A DNA stretch of 64,000 nt. Source: Candidatus Parcubacteria bacterium. Lineage in GTDB: Bacteria; Patescibacteriota; Minisyncoccia; Phycocordibacterales; UBA2100. The translations under genes were made by a program, and so were the position numbers. This document shows, piece by piece, positions 1 to 9,361 of this stretch (its first letter is position 1; every line of letters starts with the position of its first letter). The stretch spans positions 12,430 through 76,429 of the forward strand of contig JBEEJY010000010.1 of NCBI GenBank assembly GCA_041168925.1. Reading direction: 5' to 3'. The notes under the pieces were generated by a model. That model worked only from the letters and a program-made list of their open reading frames with translations. It was not told where the DNA came from and did not search any database.

Positions 1-1
1 A

Positions 2-325
2 CTCCTCGCGGCGGGCTTCGGCGCGCTCATCACGCCGCACTCGAAGGCCGCAGCCTATGCGGCGGCCGCCATATCGGGCGCCGCGGTCGTCATCTACGCG
101 ACGTGGGGGATCTCCGGATACCTTGACGTGGGAGCGGTCGCTTTTGTCCTGCGGCTCGCGGTCGCGCTCGTCTTTCTGTTTGCCTTCTACTTCAGCATGA
201 AAACGGTGCGGGCGTTCGCCCTGCACCAGGTGGGGCGCCGCGATGAACCAGACGAATTCGAGACAGAAGCGGAGAAAGCGGAAGACGAGCGATACGAAGG
301 AGAGAAACACCGACCCGAACAATAA
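2..325 (+). CDS. Membrane protein, 5'-truncated by window edge
   Basis: Frame is open from position 2 (LLAAGFGALITPHSKAAAY...) into the listed 128..325 ORF; hydrophobic segments followed by an acidic tail. Confidence 0.6.
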   Translation, partial: LLAAGFGALITPHSKAAAYAAAAISGAAVVIYATWGISGYLDVGAVAFVLRLAVALVFLFAFYFSMKTVRAFALHQVGRRDEPDEFETEAEKAEDERYEGEKHRPEQ

Positions 326-333
326 GAGCCGCC

Positions 334-924
334 ATGCCACGGAAGATTTTTTTGTTATTGGGGCATCCGGATAAGAGCGGCTTTTGCGGCGAGATCGCGG
401 ATGCGTACGAATCCAGCGCTCGAGCCGCCGGCCACCAGATAGAGCGCATGAATCTGGGAGATATGCAGTTCGACCCGATTTTGCATAAGGGCTATCGCGC
501 CATGCAGGAGCTCGAGCCGGACCTCAAGCGTTTCCAGGAGCTCGTCACCGCGTGCGATCATTTTGTGATCGTGTACCCGGTGTGGTGGGTCAGCATGCCC
601 GCGCTCCTGAAAGGCCTCTTCGACCGCGCGTGGCTTCCCGGTTCCGCGTTTCGCTACATCAAAACAAAAACGGGAACAAGGACCATTTTCTGGCACCGCC
701 TTTTTCGAGGGAAGACCGCGCGTATTTTCATGACAAGCGGCACGCATCCGCTGTTAGTCCGCTTTTTGCCAGGCAACGTCAACGCCCAACTCAAATGGGG
801 TATTTTGTGGTTTGCCGGCTTTTCGGTTCGTACGAAATGGTTCGGTCCTGCCGAAAACATTCCGGAGGGACGCAAAGTGCGCTGGCTCGCCTGCGCGCGC
901 GAGCTCGGAAAAGCAGGGAAATAG
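334..924 (+). CDS. NAD(P)H-dependent oxidoreductase, flavodoxin-like fold (MdaB/KefF family)
   Basis: LGHP...SF N-terminus, YPVWW..MPALLKGLFDR, GKTA..FMTSG motifs. Confidence 0.85.
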   Translation: MPRKIFLLLGHPDKSGFCGEIADAYESSARAAGHQIERMNLGDMQFDPILHKGYRAMQELEPDLKRFQELVTACDHFVIVYPVWWVSMPALLKGLFDRAWLPGSAFRYIKTKTGTRTIFWHRLFRGKTARIFMTSGTHPLLVRFLPGNVNAQLKWGILWFAGFSVRTKWFGPAENIPEGRKVRWLACARELGKAGK

Positions 925-998
925 CGCGACAGGCGCGACGTTGACTAGGAGCTCTGCCGCAGTAGAGTGTGCCTCTTAGGGGAGCCAGCGTTTCAAAC

Positions 999-1766
999 AT
1001 GAAAATATCGACCGGCTCGACGTTATTGAGGATTTTTGCCATCTTCTCGCTATTGACAATAACCGTCGGTATTGTCTCAGCGAGCGAAGTGGGGCAGAAT
1101 GCCAGCCCCACCTTTTGCGAACGATTCCCGGCGCTTTCTCGTTTTCCTGTCTGTCAGCCGCCGCCCCCTCCACCTCCTCCGACGGATGCGTGTCCCAACG
1201 TCCCCGGCAATCAAACATCGCGGCCCTGTGCGGATGATCGATGCAAAGAGCAGGGAGGGATATGGCACGGCGATTCCTGCGAGTTCCCGACACCCCCTCC
1301 GCCGTCTGATAATAATAGCGGCAGGGGACATGACTTGTGTCAGCGATACATCGAATCCGCTTCGCGTATCGCCCCGCCGGAGTCGTGCGACATTTGCCCA
1401 AACGTCTCGGGTGTTCAACTGCAAGGCGACTGCGTGGATAAGATTTGCGCGGACGATGGCGGCACCTGGAGCGAAAACTCGTGCGTCATGCCGCCACTAG
1501 ATATTTGTCCGAACGTTCCCGGTGACCAAGCCGAAGGGCCGTGTGCCGATGAGCAATGCAGCGAGCAGGGGGGTACATGGAATGACACATCATGCGTGAT
1601 GCCTCCGGTTAGTTCCGCGCAGTGTTCGGACGGTCTAGACAACGACGCGGACGGGAAAATAGATTTCCCGGCAGACGGCGGATGTTCGAGTGCTAGCGAT
1701 GATTCAGAGACAGGCTCGGGGGGAGGTGCGGCCGGCGGTAGCGGTGGCCGCGTGATTGCCAATTGA
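999..1766 (+). CDS. Secreted Cys-rich repeat protein
   Basis: Signal-peptide-like N-terminus, Pro runs, three DxCPNVxG...C...C..xGGxW...SC repeats and one CSDGLDNDADGKIDFPADGGC repeat. Confidence 0.7.
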   Translation: MKISTGSTLLRIFAIFSLLTITVGIVSASEVGQNASPTFCERFPALSRFPVCQPPPPPPPPTDACPNVPGNQTSRPCADDRCKEQGGIWHGDSCEFPTPPPPSDNNSGRGHDLCQRYIESASRIAPPESCDICPNVSGVQLQGDCVDKICADDGGTWSENSCVMPPLDICPNVPGDQAEGPCADEQCSEQGGTWNDTSCVMPPVSSAQCSDGLDNDADGKIDFPADGGCSSASDDSETGSGGGAAGGSGGRVIAN

Positions 1767-1796
1767 TGTGCACGCAATAGTTGGTAGGATAGTCCG

Positions 1797-2894
1797 ATGT
1801 CTTTGAGCATCGGCATTGTAGGTCTGCCAAATGTCGGGAAATCCACGCTTTTCAATGCGCTTACGCGCAAGGGCGTGCTTATCGCGAATTACCCGTTCGC
1901 GACCATCGATCCGTCGGTCGGGGTGGTTGCCGTACCTGATTTTCGCCTGGATAGGCTCGCAGAAATGTCACATTCCGAAAAAAAAGTGCCGGCCGCGGTG
2001 GAATTCGTCGATATCGCGGGTCTCGTCAAAGGAGCTTCGGAAGGGGAGGGTCTCGGCAATCAATTCTTGCAGCACATTCGCGAAGTGGATGCTATAGCAG
2101 AAATCGTGCGCATCTTCGACGACGAGGACATTCACCATGTTGCAGGCAACGTGGATCCGCGCTACGACATCGAGATAATCGACCTCGAACTCGTGCAGGC
2201 CGACAAGCAAACGGCGGAAAAGCGCCTCGAGCGCGTAGAACGTGACGCCAAAGGCGCGGATAAGGATCTCGTGACGGAGCGCGACGCGCTGCGCAAGCTC
2301 GTTCCTGCGCTGGCGCAGGGAAAGCCGGCGCGCAGCATCGCGCTCGACGAGAAAGAAAAAATAGCAGCCAAGAGCCTGCATCTTCTCACGATGAAACCGA
2401 TCTTGTATGTCCTCAATCGGAAAAGCGGCGCGCTCAATATTGACGCGGAAAACGGGCCTCGCTGGCGCGAGCTCAAAGCGCATCTTGATTCCACCGGCGC
2501 CGCGTACGTGCTCGTCGATGCGGGAGTCGAGAACGAGCTTGGCGACGTGCATGCAGACGAAAAAGCGGACTTCCGGCGCGAGCTTGGCGTATCGAGCGAC
2601 GGGCTAGACGACCTTATCAAAGCGGGATACAAACTGCTCGACCTTATCTCCTTCCTCACGACCGGCGAGAAAGAGAGCCGAGCGTGGACGATTCCGCGCG
2701 GCTCGAGCGCTCCCGATGCCGGCGCGGCTATCCACACCGACTTTCGCGACAAATTCATTCGCGCGGATGTTATCCGGTGGGATCGATTAGCCGAGTGCGG
2801 CTCGTGGGCGAAAGCTCGCGAGAAGGGCCTCGTGCGTACCGAGGGAAAGGAGTATATCGTGCAAGACGGCGACGTGATGGAGTTCAAGATATAG
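1797..2894 (+). CDS. ychF: Redox-regulated ATPase YchF (Obg family)
   Basis: GIVGLPNVGKST, NYPFATIDP, DIAGLVKGASEGEGLGNQFL, C-terminal TGS EGKEYIVQDGD. Confidence 0.97.
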   Translation: MSLSIGIVGLPNVGKSTLFNALTRKGVLIANYPFATIDPSVGVVAVPDFRLDRLAEMSHSEKKVPAAVEFVDIAGLVKGASEGEGLGNQFLQHIREVDAIAEIVRIFDDEDIHHVAGNVDPRYDIEIIDLELVQADKQTAEKRLERVERDAKGADKDLVTERDALRKLVPALAQGKPARSIALDEKEKIAAKSLHLLTMKPILYVLNRKSGALNIDAENGPRWRELKAHLDSTGAAYVLVDAGVENELGDVHADEKADFRRELGVSSDGLDDLIKAGYKLLDLISFLTTGEKESRAWTIPRGSSAPDAGAAIHTDFRDKFIRADVIRWDRLAECGSWAKAREKGLVRTEGKEYIVQDGDVMEFKI

Positions 2895-2897
2895 ACG

Positions 2898-2923
2898 AAC
2901 CCCGGGCGCTATGCCCGGGGTTT
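2898..2923. terminator. Hairpin between convergent ychF and 2948..3322
   Basis: aaccccgggc-gctat-gcccggggtt inverted repeat followed by T. Confidence 0.6.
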
Positions 2924-2947
2924 GAAGACGAAGTACGCACGCCGCGT

Positions 2948-3322
2948 TTAGCAGCGAAGTACCTGTTCGACCAGCGATTGGGTCGCAAGCACCTGCTTGC
3001 TCGCTTTGGTCAACAGGTGCTTCTGGAACAGAGTGTCGAGCTTGATCGCAGCAAGATCGAGCGTCCGGCCCTGTCCCGCGGCGCATACTCTTGCGCTCAC
3101 CCTGATGCTGCCATCATTCGAGCGGCAGACGGAAAAATCGCGCAGCAGCTTGCACTTCTGGACCTCATCTTCGAGAGCATCGATTTGGCCGTAGGTGATC
3201 GTCGCGCTGAATTCGGGCTGAACCCAGGCGCCGATCACGACACTGATGAGCTCCTTTCCCAGCCCATCTCTTGAGAACACCACGGTGGCAGTTGTCGGTA
3301 AGTTTCGATGACGCGGCATCAT
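2948..3322 (-). CDS. Hypothetical protein
   Basis: 124 aa ORF filling the gap, preceded by an AAGGAGG Shine-Dalgarno sequence. Confidence 0.55.
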   Translation of the reverse strand: MMPRHRNLPTTATVVFSRDGLGKELISVVIGAWVQPEFSATITYGQIDALEDEVQKCKLLRDFSVCRSNDGSIRVSARVCAAGQGRTLDLAAIKLDTLFQKHLLTKASKQVLATQSLVEQVLRC

Positions 3323-3423
3323 TTCCTCCTTGAGCGTAAACTGTCCGGTGGATCGTTACTATACAACGAAAATCTCTGCTTGCCAAGGATGGCCACGTGC
3401 GCTCGTCGCGCTATACTTTCCGT

Positions 3424-4386
3424 ATGGACAAACCAAAAGTGACCCCGAAGGATTTCTTTTTGTGGTTCGCGGCGATGCTATTTTTGTATGCGGGCGTTTT
3501 CAACTACGTCGCGCTCGTGTGGGATTACATCAACTACAGTTTCCCCGATCCGCTGCAGTACTATCCGAGCGACCCTTACCAGAGCGGCATCAGCTGGGAG
3601 ATGGCGTCGCTCATCGTGCTCGCGCCTCTTTTCCTCGTCCTCATGTGGTGGATACACCGATCCATCAAGGCCGATTCGACGCGCGGTGAAATCTGGATCC
3701 GTCGCTGGGCCCTGTACTTGACGCTCTTTGTCGCGGGAGTCACGATCGCCGTCGATCTGATCTACGTCTTGTACGCCTTTTTAAGCGGCACGGATCTCAC
3801 GGCCCGGTTCCTTCTCAAAGCGCTCGTCGTCCTTGCGGTCGCTGCGGTCGGCTTCATGCACTTTCTCGCCGATCTCTGGGGGTATTGGGAGCAATTCCCC
3901 GGTCGCAATCGTTTCGTCGCCCTCGCGACGGCTCTTCTCGTCGCGATCACGGTGATCGCGGGGTTTTTTATTGTCGGCACGCCGGCCCAAGCCCGGTTGT
4001 ACCGCTTTGACGAACAGAAGGTGAGCGACCTCACTTCGATCCAGTACCAAATCGTCAATTACTGGCAATCGAAGCAGAGATTACCCATATCTCTCAGTGA
4101 TCTGAATGATTCGATCTCGAATTTCACCGTCCCGAACGACGCCCAGAGCGGCAAACCCTACACCTACAAGATAACCGGAGCGCATTCGTTCCAGCTCTGC
4201 GCAACCTTCAATGCCGAAACGCACGGCAACAATCCAATCCTTGCGCGCCCGAGCGAGCCGATGGCGGTAGGGGAGGCGGGAAAACCGATAGCCGACAATT
4301 GGCTGCACGGCGCCGGAGAGGCGTGTTTTGACCGCGCCATAGACCCTGAGCGCTACCCGCCTTTCTCGAAGCAAAAGACCCTGTAA
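3424..4386 (+). CDS. DUF5671-like multi-pass membrane protein with extracellular C-terminal domain
   Basis: TPKDFFL N-terminus, about 5 TM helices, RFDEQKVSDL...YW and FQLCATF motifs typical of CPR homologues; TATACT 6 nt before the ATG. Confidence 0.7.
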   Translation: MDKPKVTPKDFFLWFAAMLFLYAGVFNYVALVWDYINYSFPDPLQYYPSDPYQSGISWEMASLIVLAPLFLVLMWWIHRSIKADSTRGEIWIRRWALYLTLFVAGVTIAVDLIYVLYAFLSGTDLTARFLLKALVVLAVAAVGFMHFLADLWGYWEQFPGRNRFVALATALLVAITVIAGFFIVGTPAQARLYRFDEQKVSDLTSIQYQIVNYWQSKQRLPISLSDLNDSISNFTVPNDAQSGKPYTYKITGAHSFQLCATFNAETHGNNPILARPSEPMAVGEAGKPIADNWLHGAGEACFDRAIDPERYPPFSKQKTL

Positions 4387-4431
4387 AACGGGCATTTTCG
4401 AGCGTCGAAGCCTGTGATAGGCTGATCTGCG

Positions 4432-7400
4432 ATGCACGGCTACGACCACAAGAAGATAGAGACCAAATGGCAAAAAGCGTGGGCGAAAAAGGGCCTCTAT
4501 AAAACATCCGATAAAGTAAAAGGGAAGGACAACTTTTACCTGTTGGTCGAATTCCCGTATCCATCCGGCAATCTCCACGTCGGGCACTGGTACGCCTTTT
4601 CCGTGCCCGACATTCTCGCACGCATGATGCGAATGCAGGGTAGGAACGTGCTCTATCCGATCGGTTTCGATGCGTTCGGCCTTCCGGCGGAAAATGCCGC
4701 GATCAAAAACAGGGTGAATCCGCGAAAGTGGACGCTGGGCAACATCGAATTCATGAAAAAGCAGATACGTTCGATGGGAACCTCATTCGACTGGTCGCGA
4801 GAAATCCTCACCTGCGATCCGGCATATTACAAGTGGACGCAATGGCTCTTCCTTCAATTTTTCAAGAGAGGTCTGGCGTATCAGAAAGAGACTCCCGCCA
4901 ATTGGTGCCCGAAAGACAAGACGGTGCTCGCCAACGAACAAGTCGTGGATGGCAAGTGCGAGCGTTGCGGCACGCAGGTAATCCAGAAAGAAATGCCGCA
5001 GTGGAATCTCAAGATAACCGACTACGCCGATCGGCTCATCAATGATCTCGACGCGCTTGACTGGCCGGAGCAGATAAAAGAATCGCAGCGCAACTGGATC
5101 GGCCGTTCCGAAGGATACGAAATCGATTTTCCTCTTGTTTTCGACGATGGCAAAAAGTACAAGTATGTTCTCTTGCACGGCTATACGGGACACGCGTCGG
5201 ATGCGCGGTGGCAGTGGATACGGCGCGAATTGGAAGCGCTGGGGCACGAGGTCATCATTCCCGAACTCCCGAATACCGATGATCCGAGCGAGGAAGAACA
5301 GGTCGAAGTGGCTTTACACGCTACAGAGTACGATGAACGGACGGTTCTCTTTGGCCACAGCCTCGGCGCGACGGTCGCGATGAAGGTTGTGGAAAAGCTT
5401 ACAGCTCCGATATCACGCCTCGTGCTAGCCGGAGCCGTGGTCAATCCGCGATTCAAAGACAAGAAACGGCCGTTCGAGAAGAAGTTCAGTTGGAGATTCG
5501 ACCCCGAAGCAATAAAAAAGAACGCGAAAAGCATTACGGTACTCCACGACCCGCGGGATTACGCGATCACCGAGAAACAAAGACAACTCATTGAAAACAT
5601 GCTCAATCTGAAGGCACGGCTATGCAGCACGACCGAGCCGCACTTTACGGGCGACAGGGAGCCGGATCTCCTCATGTGGCTGCGTCCGACCATCCGTGTT
5701 TTCACCACTCGCCCCGACACGCTCTATGGCGGCACTTTTCTCGTTCTCGCGCCCGAACATCCTTGGATCAAAGCGGCCCTGCAAAATGACGGACATCGTA
5801 AGTCCGTCATTTCAAACGAGGCAGAGATTCAACGCTACGTCGAGAATGCAGCGAAAAAGACAGAGCGCGAACGACAGGAGAGCAAGGAAAAGACGGGAGT
5901 TGAGCTGATGGGTGTGAAAGCCATCAATCCAACGACCGGAGCCGAAATACCGCTGTGGGTGGCCGACTACGCTCTGATGGGATTCGGCACTGGTGCGTTA
6001 TTTGGCGATGCGCACGACGCCCGCGACGTCGCCTTTGCGAAAAAGTACGGCATTCCGTTGAGGGAAACAATAGAGCCTTTGTTCATTCAGGAAACAGGGC
6101 TAGACAAAATTCGATCAGATGAGCCATTTACGGAGCGCAATTCCATTCACGCGTTCGTTAAGCATTGGTCGGACGAAAAGTACATGGCGGTGCACTATGT
6201 GCCGAGTGATATCAACGAGTGTGTGTCTGGTGGGATCGAAGAAGGTGAAGATGCGGTAACGGCGGCACAACGTGAGATACGTGAAGAGACAGGTTACAGT
6301 AAAGCGCGCTTCGTCAGGAAGTTGGGCAATCGAGTTCATGCGAAGTATTACAGCGTTGAACGCAAGAAGAACATGTTCGTGCATTTTACCCCACTCCTAT
6401 TCCAACTTGAAGATGATACTCAAGAGGAGATATCGGCGAGTGAAAAGGCGCGCCATGAGGTAAGTTGGCTTTCGAAGGAAGAGGTAGGGCGATTCTTCAA
6501 CCGGGACGATATCCGTCTGGGCTGGAGTCGCGTCGAGAATGATATTCCGTATGAGGGAAAGGGGATACTGTTCGACTCTGGAGAGTTCAGCGGGCTCACG
6601 AGCGATGAGGCGATGCCGAAGATCGGCGAGAAATTCGGACGACTGGTCAAACACTATCGCCTGCGCGATTGGATAGTATCGCGCCAACGCTATTGGGGAG
6701 TGCCCATACCGATCATTCATTGCGCAACGTGCGGCCCTGTTGCCGTGCCCGACAAAGACCTGCCCGTCAAATTACCGGAAGTCAGAGATTATCTGCCGGA
6801 CGGGAAGGGGAAATCGCCGCTCGCGAAGGTAATCAAATTCGTTCAGGTAAAATGTCCGCGCTGCAAGAGTTCGGCGCAGCGAGAAACCGACACGCTTGAT
6901 ACGTTCGTGGACTCGTCGTGGTATTTCTTGCGCTACACAGATCCAAAGAATAAAAAGAAATTCGCCGATGCAAATAAGATGGATCATTGGATGCCGGTCG
7001 ATCTCTACTCCGGCGGCGCGGAGCATACGACCATGCACGTGCTCTATTCCCGTTTCTGGCAGAAGGCGATGTTCGACCTCGGGCTCGTGAAAGACAAAGA
7101 GCCGTACGTGCGGCGCATGAATCGCTCCATCATTCTCGGGCCGGACGGCCAAAAAATGAGCAAATCGCACGGCAATGTCATCGATCCCGACGAAGTGGTC
7201 GCGCGGCTCGGGGCGGACACGGTGCGCATGTATCTCGCCTTCATCGGTCCGTACAGTGAGGTCTCCAGCTTCCCGTGGAATCCCGACGGAGTGGTCGGCG
7301 TCCGTCGCTTTCTCGAGCGGGTGTGGAATGCCGGCCAGAAATTGGCGGTGCAAGAGAAGCGAGTGGATGCGCTGCGACACATATTGCACAAGACCGTGAA

Positions 7401-7827
7401 AAAAGTCGGAGACGACATTATCGCGCTGAAATTCAATACCGCCATCAGTCAACTCATGATATTTCTCAACGCCGCGGAAAAAGAGAAAAAGATCGGCAAA
7501 GAACAGTGGGAAACGTTTTTGCGTCTCCTCGCGCCGTTCGCGCCGCACATGACAGACGAGCTCTGGCATTCCGCCGGCCGCAAACGATCCGTTCACATGG
7601 AATCGTGGCCGAAATACGACGAATCTCTCCTCAAAGACGAGCGAATGACGATGGCCGTGCAAATCAACGGCAAAACGAGAGGCGAGGTTACTCTCGCGAG
7701 CGATAGCGACAAGACGGTCCAAGAGCAGGCGGCGAGGTCGGTCGTCGCAACGCGCCTTCAGGGGAAAAACGTGCTGCGCGCGATCGTGGTGCCGGGAAGA
7801 CTCGTCAATTTTGTCGTCGCGGATTGA
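4432..7827 (+). CDS. leuS: Leucyl-tRNA synthetase with inserted alpha/beta-hydrolase and Nudix domains
   Basis: FPYPSGNLHVGH, TTRPDT, LRDWIVSRQRYWG, KMSKS; 1131 aa. Confidence 0.95.
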   Translation: MHGYDHKKIETKWQKAWAKKGLYKTSDKVKGKDNFYLLVEFPYPSGNLHVGHWYAFSVPDILARMMRMQGRNVLYPIGFDAFGLPAENAAIKNRVNPRKWTLGNIEFMKKQIRSMGTSFDWSREILTCDPAYYKWTQWLFLQFFKRGLAYQKETPANWCPKDKTVLANEQVVDGKCERCGTQVIQKEMPQWNLKITDYADRLINDLDALDWPEQIKESQRNWIGRSEGYEIDFPLVFDDGKKYKYVLLHGYTGHASDARWQWIRRELEALGHEVIIPELPNTDDPSEEEQVEVALHATEYDERTVLFGHSLGATVAMKVVEKLTAPISRLVLAGAVVNPRFKDKKRPFEKKFSWRFDPEAIKKNAKSITVLHDPRDYAITEKQRQLIENMLNLKARLCSTTEPHFTGDREPDLLMWLRPTIRVFTTRPDTLYGGTFLVLAPEHPWIKAALQNDGHRKSVISNEAEIQRYVENAAKKTERERQESKEKTGVELMGVKAINPTTGAEIPLWVADYALMGFGTGALFGDAHDARDVAFAKKYGIPLRETIEPLFIQETGLDKIRSDEPFTERNSIHAFVKHWSDEKYMAVHYVPSDINECVSGGIEEGEDAVTAAQREIREETGYSKARFVRKLGNRVHAKYYSVERKKNMFVHFTPLLFQLEDDTQEEISASEKARHEVSWLSKEEVGRFFNRDDIRLGWSRVENDIPYEGKGILFDSGEFSGLTSDEAMPKIGEKFGRLVKHYRLRDWIVSRQRYWGVPIPIIHCATCGPVAVPDKDLPVKLPEVRDYLPDGKGKSPLAKVIKFVQVKCPRCKSSAQRETDTLDTFVDSSWYFLRYTDPKNKKKFADANKMDHWMPVDLYSGGAEHTTMHVLYSRFWQKAMFDLGLVKDKEPYVRRMNRSIILGPDGQKMSKSHGNVIDPDEVVARLGADTVRMYLAFIGPYSEVSSFPWNPDGVVGVRRFLERVWNAGQKLAVQEKRVDALRHILHKTVKKVGDDIIALKFNTAISQLMIFLNAAEKEKKIGKEQWETFLRLLAPFAPHMTDELWHSAGRKRSVHMESWPKYDESLLKDERMTMAVQINGKTRGEVTLASDSDKTVQEQAARSVVATRLQGKNVLRAIVVPGRLVNFVVAD

Positions 7828-9354
7828 TCAGATCTTGAATACTTCGGGGCCCTCGCTCGTGTCTTTGAGGGCATAGCCTTTGCCCTCAAGCGCCGCGCGC
7901 AGCTCGTCGGCGCGCGGCCAATCCTTGGCCGCGCGCGCTTCCTCGCGATCCCTCATCAGTGCGCGAACGTCTTCTGGCAAGTCGGCGAGCGTAACGGGAA
8001 TCTCGCTCTCGGAAGCGGCGAGTCTTTTTGCCTGCTCGTCGGGCTCGAGGAGATTCAAACCGAGCACGCGGTCGAAATCGAGCAGCGTCGCAAGCACTTC
8101 AGCTTTGAGGAGAGAAGCATCTTTCGTCATCTCCCACAGCACGGCGAGCGCACCGGGCGTGTCGAGATCGTCGTTGATACGCTCGGTGAATTTGCTCTTC
8201 CACGACGCGGCAGGGGAGGACGGCGGCTCCGCAATCGACAGCCGAAGCGAGAGAATCTTCCCGTACGCCGTTTGCGCCGCCGCAAGCGCTTCCCACGTAA
8301 AGTTCGAGTTCGTCCGGTAGTGCGCGCCAAGCAGAAGATACCGCAGCGAGAGGGGATGAAAGCCGCGCTCCACGATATCGGATAGATACACGATATTTCC
8401 TTCGGATTTCGCGATTTTGGCGCCCTCGAGCTGGAGATGAGCCCGGTGAAGCCAGAAACGGCTCAACGGACGCTTGCCGGTGGCGCATTCGGATTGCGCG
8501 ATCTCGTTGTTGTGGTGAATAGGAATATGCTCGATCCCGCCGGTGTGAATATCGATTTGGGCGCCGAGCACGGCGCGAATCATCGCGGAGCATTCGATAT
8601 GCCAGCCGGGAAAGCCCCTGCCCCACGGCGAATCCCAGCCGATCTTTTTGCCGGATTTCCAAAGGAGAAAATCCGTCGGATGGCGCTTGGAATCGTCCTT
8701 GCCGACGCGGGCGCCCTCTTTCAAACCTTCCAGCCGCACCTTGCCGAGTTTACCGTAATCGCTGAAGCGCGACGTATCGAAATAAACGCCGTGCGCGCCC
8801 CTGTACGCGTATCCCTTCTCCTCGAGGGTCTTGATCATCGCGATTTGCGCGGGAATGTAATCACTCGCGCGGGGAAATGCGATCTTTTCGACTTCAATAT
8901 TAAGGGCGCGAATGTCTTCGAGAAAAAGGTTGGCGTATTTCTCGCCGAGCGCGCGCATGTTCGCGAGAGTAGGGGAAAGACCCTCCCGCTTGAGACCTCT
9001 GGTCATCTTGTCTTCGCCCTCGTCGGCGTCCGATGTGAGGTGGCCAAAGTCGGTGAAGTTGATCGCCTGCTTCACGGTATAGCCGTTGTACTCGAGCATT
9101 CTGCGAAGCACGTCGGTAAAAACGAACATCGAAAGATTCCCGATATGCTGGCGGCCGTAAACCGTGGGCCCGCAGTTGTACATGCGCACCTCTTTTGTAT
9201 GAGCGGGCAGGACGAATTCTTGCAGCTCGCCGCCGAGCGTGTTGTGCAGACGCACAGATACGCCATTGCCAGAGCGTTTTTTTTGCGTCCACGCGGCCGC
9301 CGCGTCGATCATCATGACATACAGCGAACCGACGAATTCGAGTAACGACGACAT
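7828..9354 (-). CDS. cysS: Cysteinyl-tRNA synthetase (start uncertain)
   Basis: CGPTVY..HIGN, PGWHIECS, HHNNE, KIAKS; ATG at 9354 lies just after the corA stop. Confidence 0.93.
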   Translation of the reverse strand: MSSLLEFVGSLYVMMIDAAAAWTQKKRSGNGVSVRLHNTLGGELQEFVLPAHTKEVRMYNCGPTVYGRQHIGNLSMFVFTDVLRRMLEYNGYTVKQAINFTDFGHLTSDADEGEDKMTRGLKREGLSPTLANMRALGEKYANLFLEDIRALNIEVEKIAFPRASDYIPAQIAMIKTLEEKGYAYRGAHGVYFDTSRFSDYGKLGKVRLEGLKEGARVGKDDSKRHPTDFLLWKSGKKIGWDSPWGRGFPGWHIECSAMIRAVLGAQIDIHTGGIEHIPIHHNNEIAQSECATGKRPLSRFWLHRAHLQLEGAKIAKSEGNIVYLSDIVERGFHPLSLRYLLLGAHYRTNSNFTWEALAAAQTAYGKILSLRLSIAEPPSSPAASWKSKFTERINDDLDTPGALAVLWEMTKDASLLKAEVLATLLDFDRVLGLNLLEPDEQAKRLAASESEIPVTLADLPEDVRALMRDREEARAAKDWPRADELRAALEGKGYALKDTSEGPEVFKI

Positions 9355-9361
9355 GAAAGCG

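Noticed and set aside
2090-2099. Fourth TGCTATAGCA palindrome copy
   Set aside because: Inside the ychF coding sequence and lacking the outer TAyACT/AGTrTA arms
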